Origin: Octopus sinensis | Lineage: Eukaryota | Reading direction: 5' to 3' | Assembly: GCF_006345805.1 (NCBI RefSeq) | Contig: NC_043003.1 | Coordinates: 108,376,001-108,440,000 of the forward strand | Length of the DNA: 64,000 nt | Shown here: in pieces, positions 63,494 through 64,000 of the stretch | Numbering within the stretch: the stretch's first letter is position 1 | Layout: each line of letters opens with the position of its first letter | Program-made: the position numbers and the translations under genes | The notes under the pieces: generated by a model | Database searches by the model: none | Told to the model about the DNA's origin: nothing | What the model saw: the letters and a program-made list of their open reading frames with translations, nothing else

Positions 63494-64000
63494 TGGAAGA
63501 GGTAGGAGGAGTAGTGGGTATACATGAGTGATGATGATGATGACGACAATGATGATGTTGCAACGAAGAATTCTGCAAAGGAGATTCTGTCCCACCACCG
63601 GTTTTTGTAGACGAATTCAAAGGGACACATAAAGTAGTTTGTTTGGAAAATGCACAAGGATCTCCTGATGAGTCTGCAGACAAGGCAGCTCGACACACAT
63701 TAGTGGACCAGGCCATGTTCATATGCACAGAACTAGAAGGTAAGGAAACAAGGGATAAGACATGGGCAGCTGCATGAGCGTTATCATGAAGCGTATTGTC
63801 CTGAACTTTCAAGGGACAACCCTGAGCACAAGCATCAAAGGAAGAAATGACTGAATCGCTGACATTATCAGTATGAAGACAGCTCTTTGAAATGGATCCA
63901 GCATCAGCAGATCCGGGCTCTAATGGATTAGATACCTGATGTTGACAGCATGGACATTGAGATCTGTGCATGGCATTGGCTGGTTCAATACTAACACTAG
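61992..64000 (-). CDS. 3' end of a large (probably terminal) coding exon; Ser/His/Asn/Cys-rich low-complexity protein of unknown function
   Basis: 659-codon ORF with mostly non-repetitive sequence. The frame stays open past the annotated Met to the window edge (..SVSIEPANAMHRS..); stop TAG at 61992-94; AT-rich UTR-like sequence follows. No domain recognised. Confidence 0.85.

Noticed and set aside
62971-63531. 186-aa plus-strand ORF
   Set aside because: Antisense shadow of the low-complexity minus-strand exon.

Overview
Repeat-saturated animal genomic DNA: AT-rich, with a heavy (TA)n/(TATG)n/(AAT)n/(CA)n load and dozens of tRNA-derived SINEs. It strongly resembles an octopod cephalopod (Octopus-like) genome; this is an inference from recalled repeat families, not a database hit. 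The only well-supported host coding sequence is the 3' part of a large low-complexity minus-strand exon at 61992-64000, open to the window edge. The rest is mobile DNA. It includes a complete hAT transposon (8285-15155, 8-bp TSD) carrying nested SINEs and an (AAT)n-targeting R4/Dong-like LINE. There are also fossil Penelope-like (PLE), Helitron, Chapaev-like, Mariner, RTE and I-group LINE pieces, and a near-identical 2-kb tandem duplication (15275-19329). The most striking signal is that six or more unrelated short repeat families carry minimal type I hammerhead ribozyme (HHR) motifs, mostly with palindromic stem III. Several sit in foldback (inverted-repeat) configurations next to (TA)n, and one is fused to a tRNA-derived SINE head. 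A separate 370-bp RTE-derived element begins at a candidate HDV-like ribozyme. Most ORFs in the supplied track are microsatellite artefacts. No rRNA, intact tRNA or CRISPR array was seen. All ribozyme folds were derived by eye and are untested.
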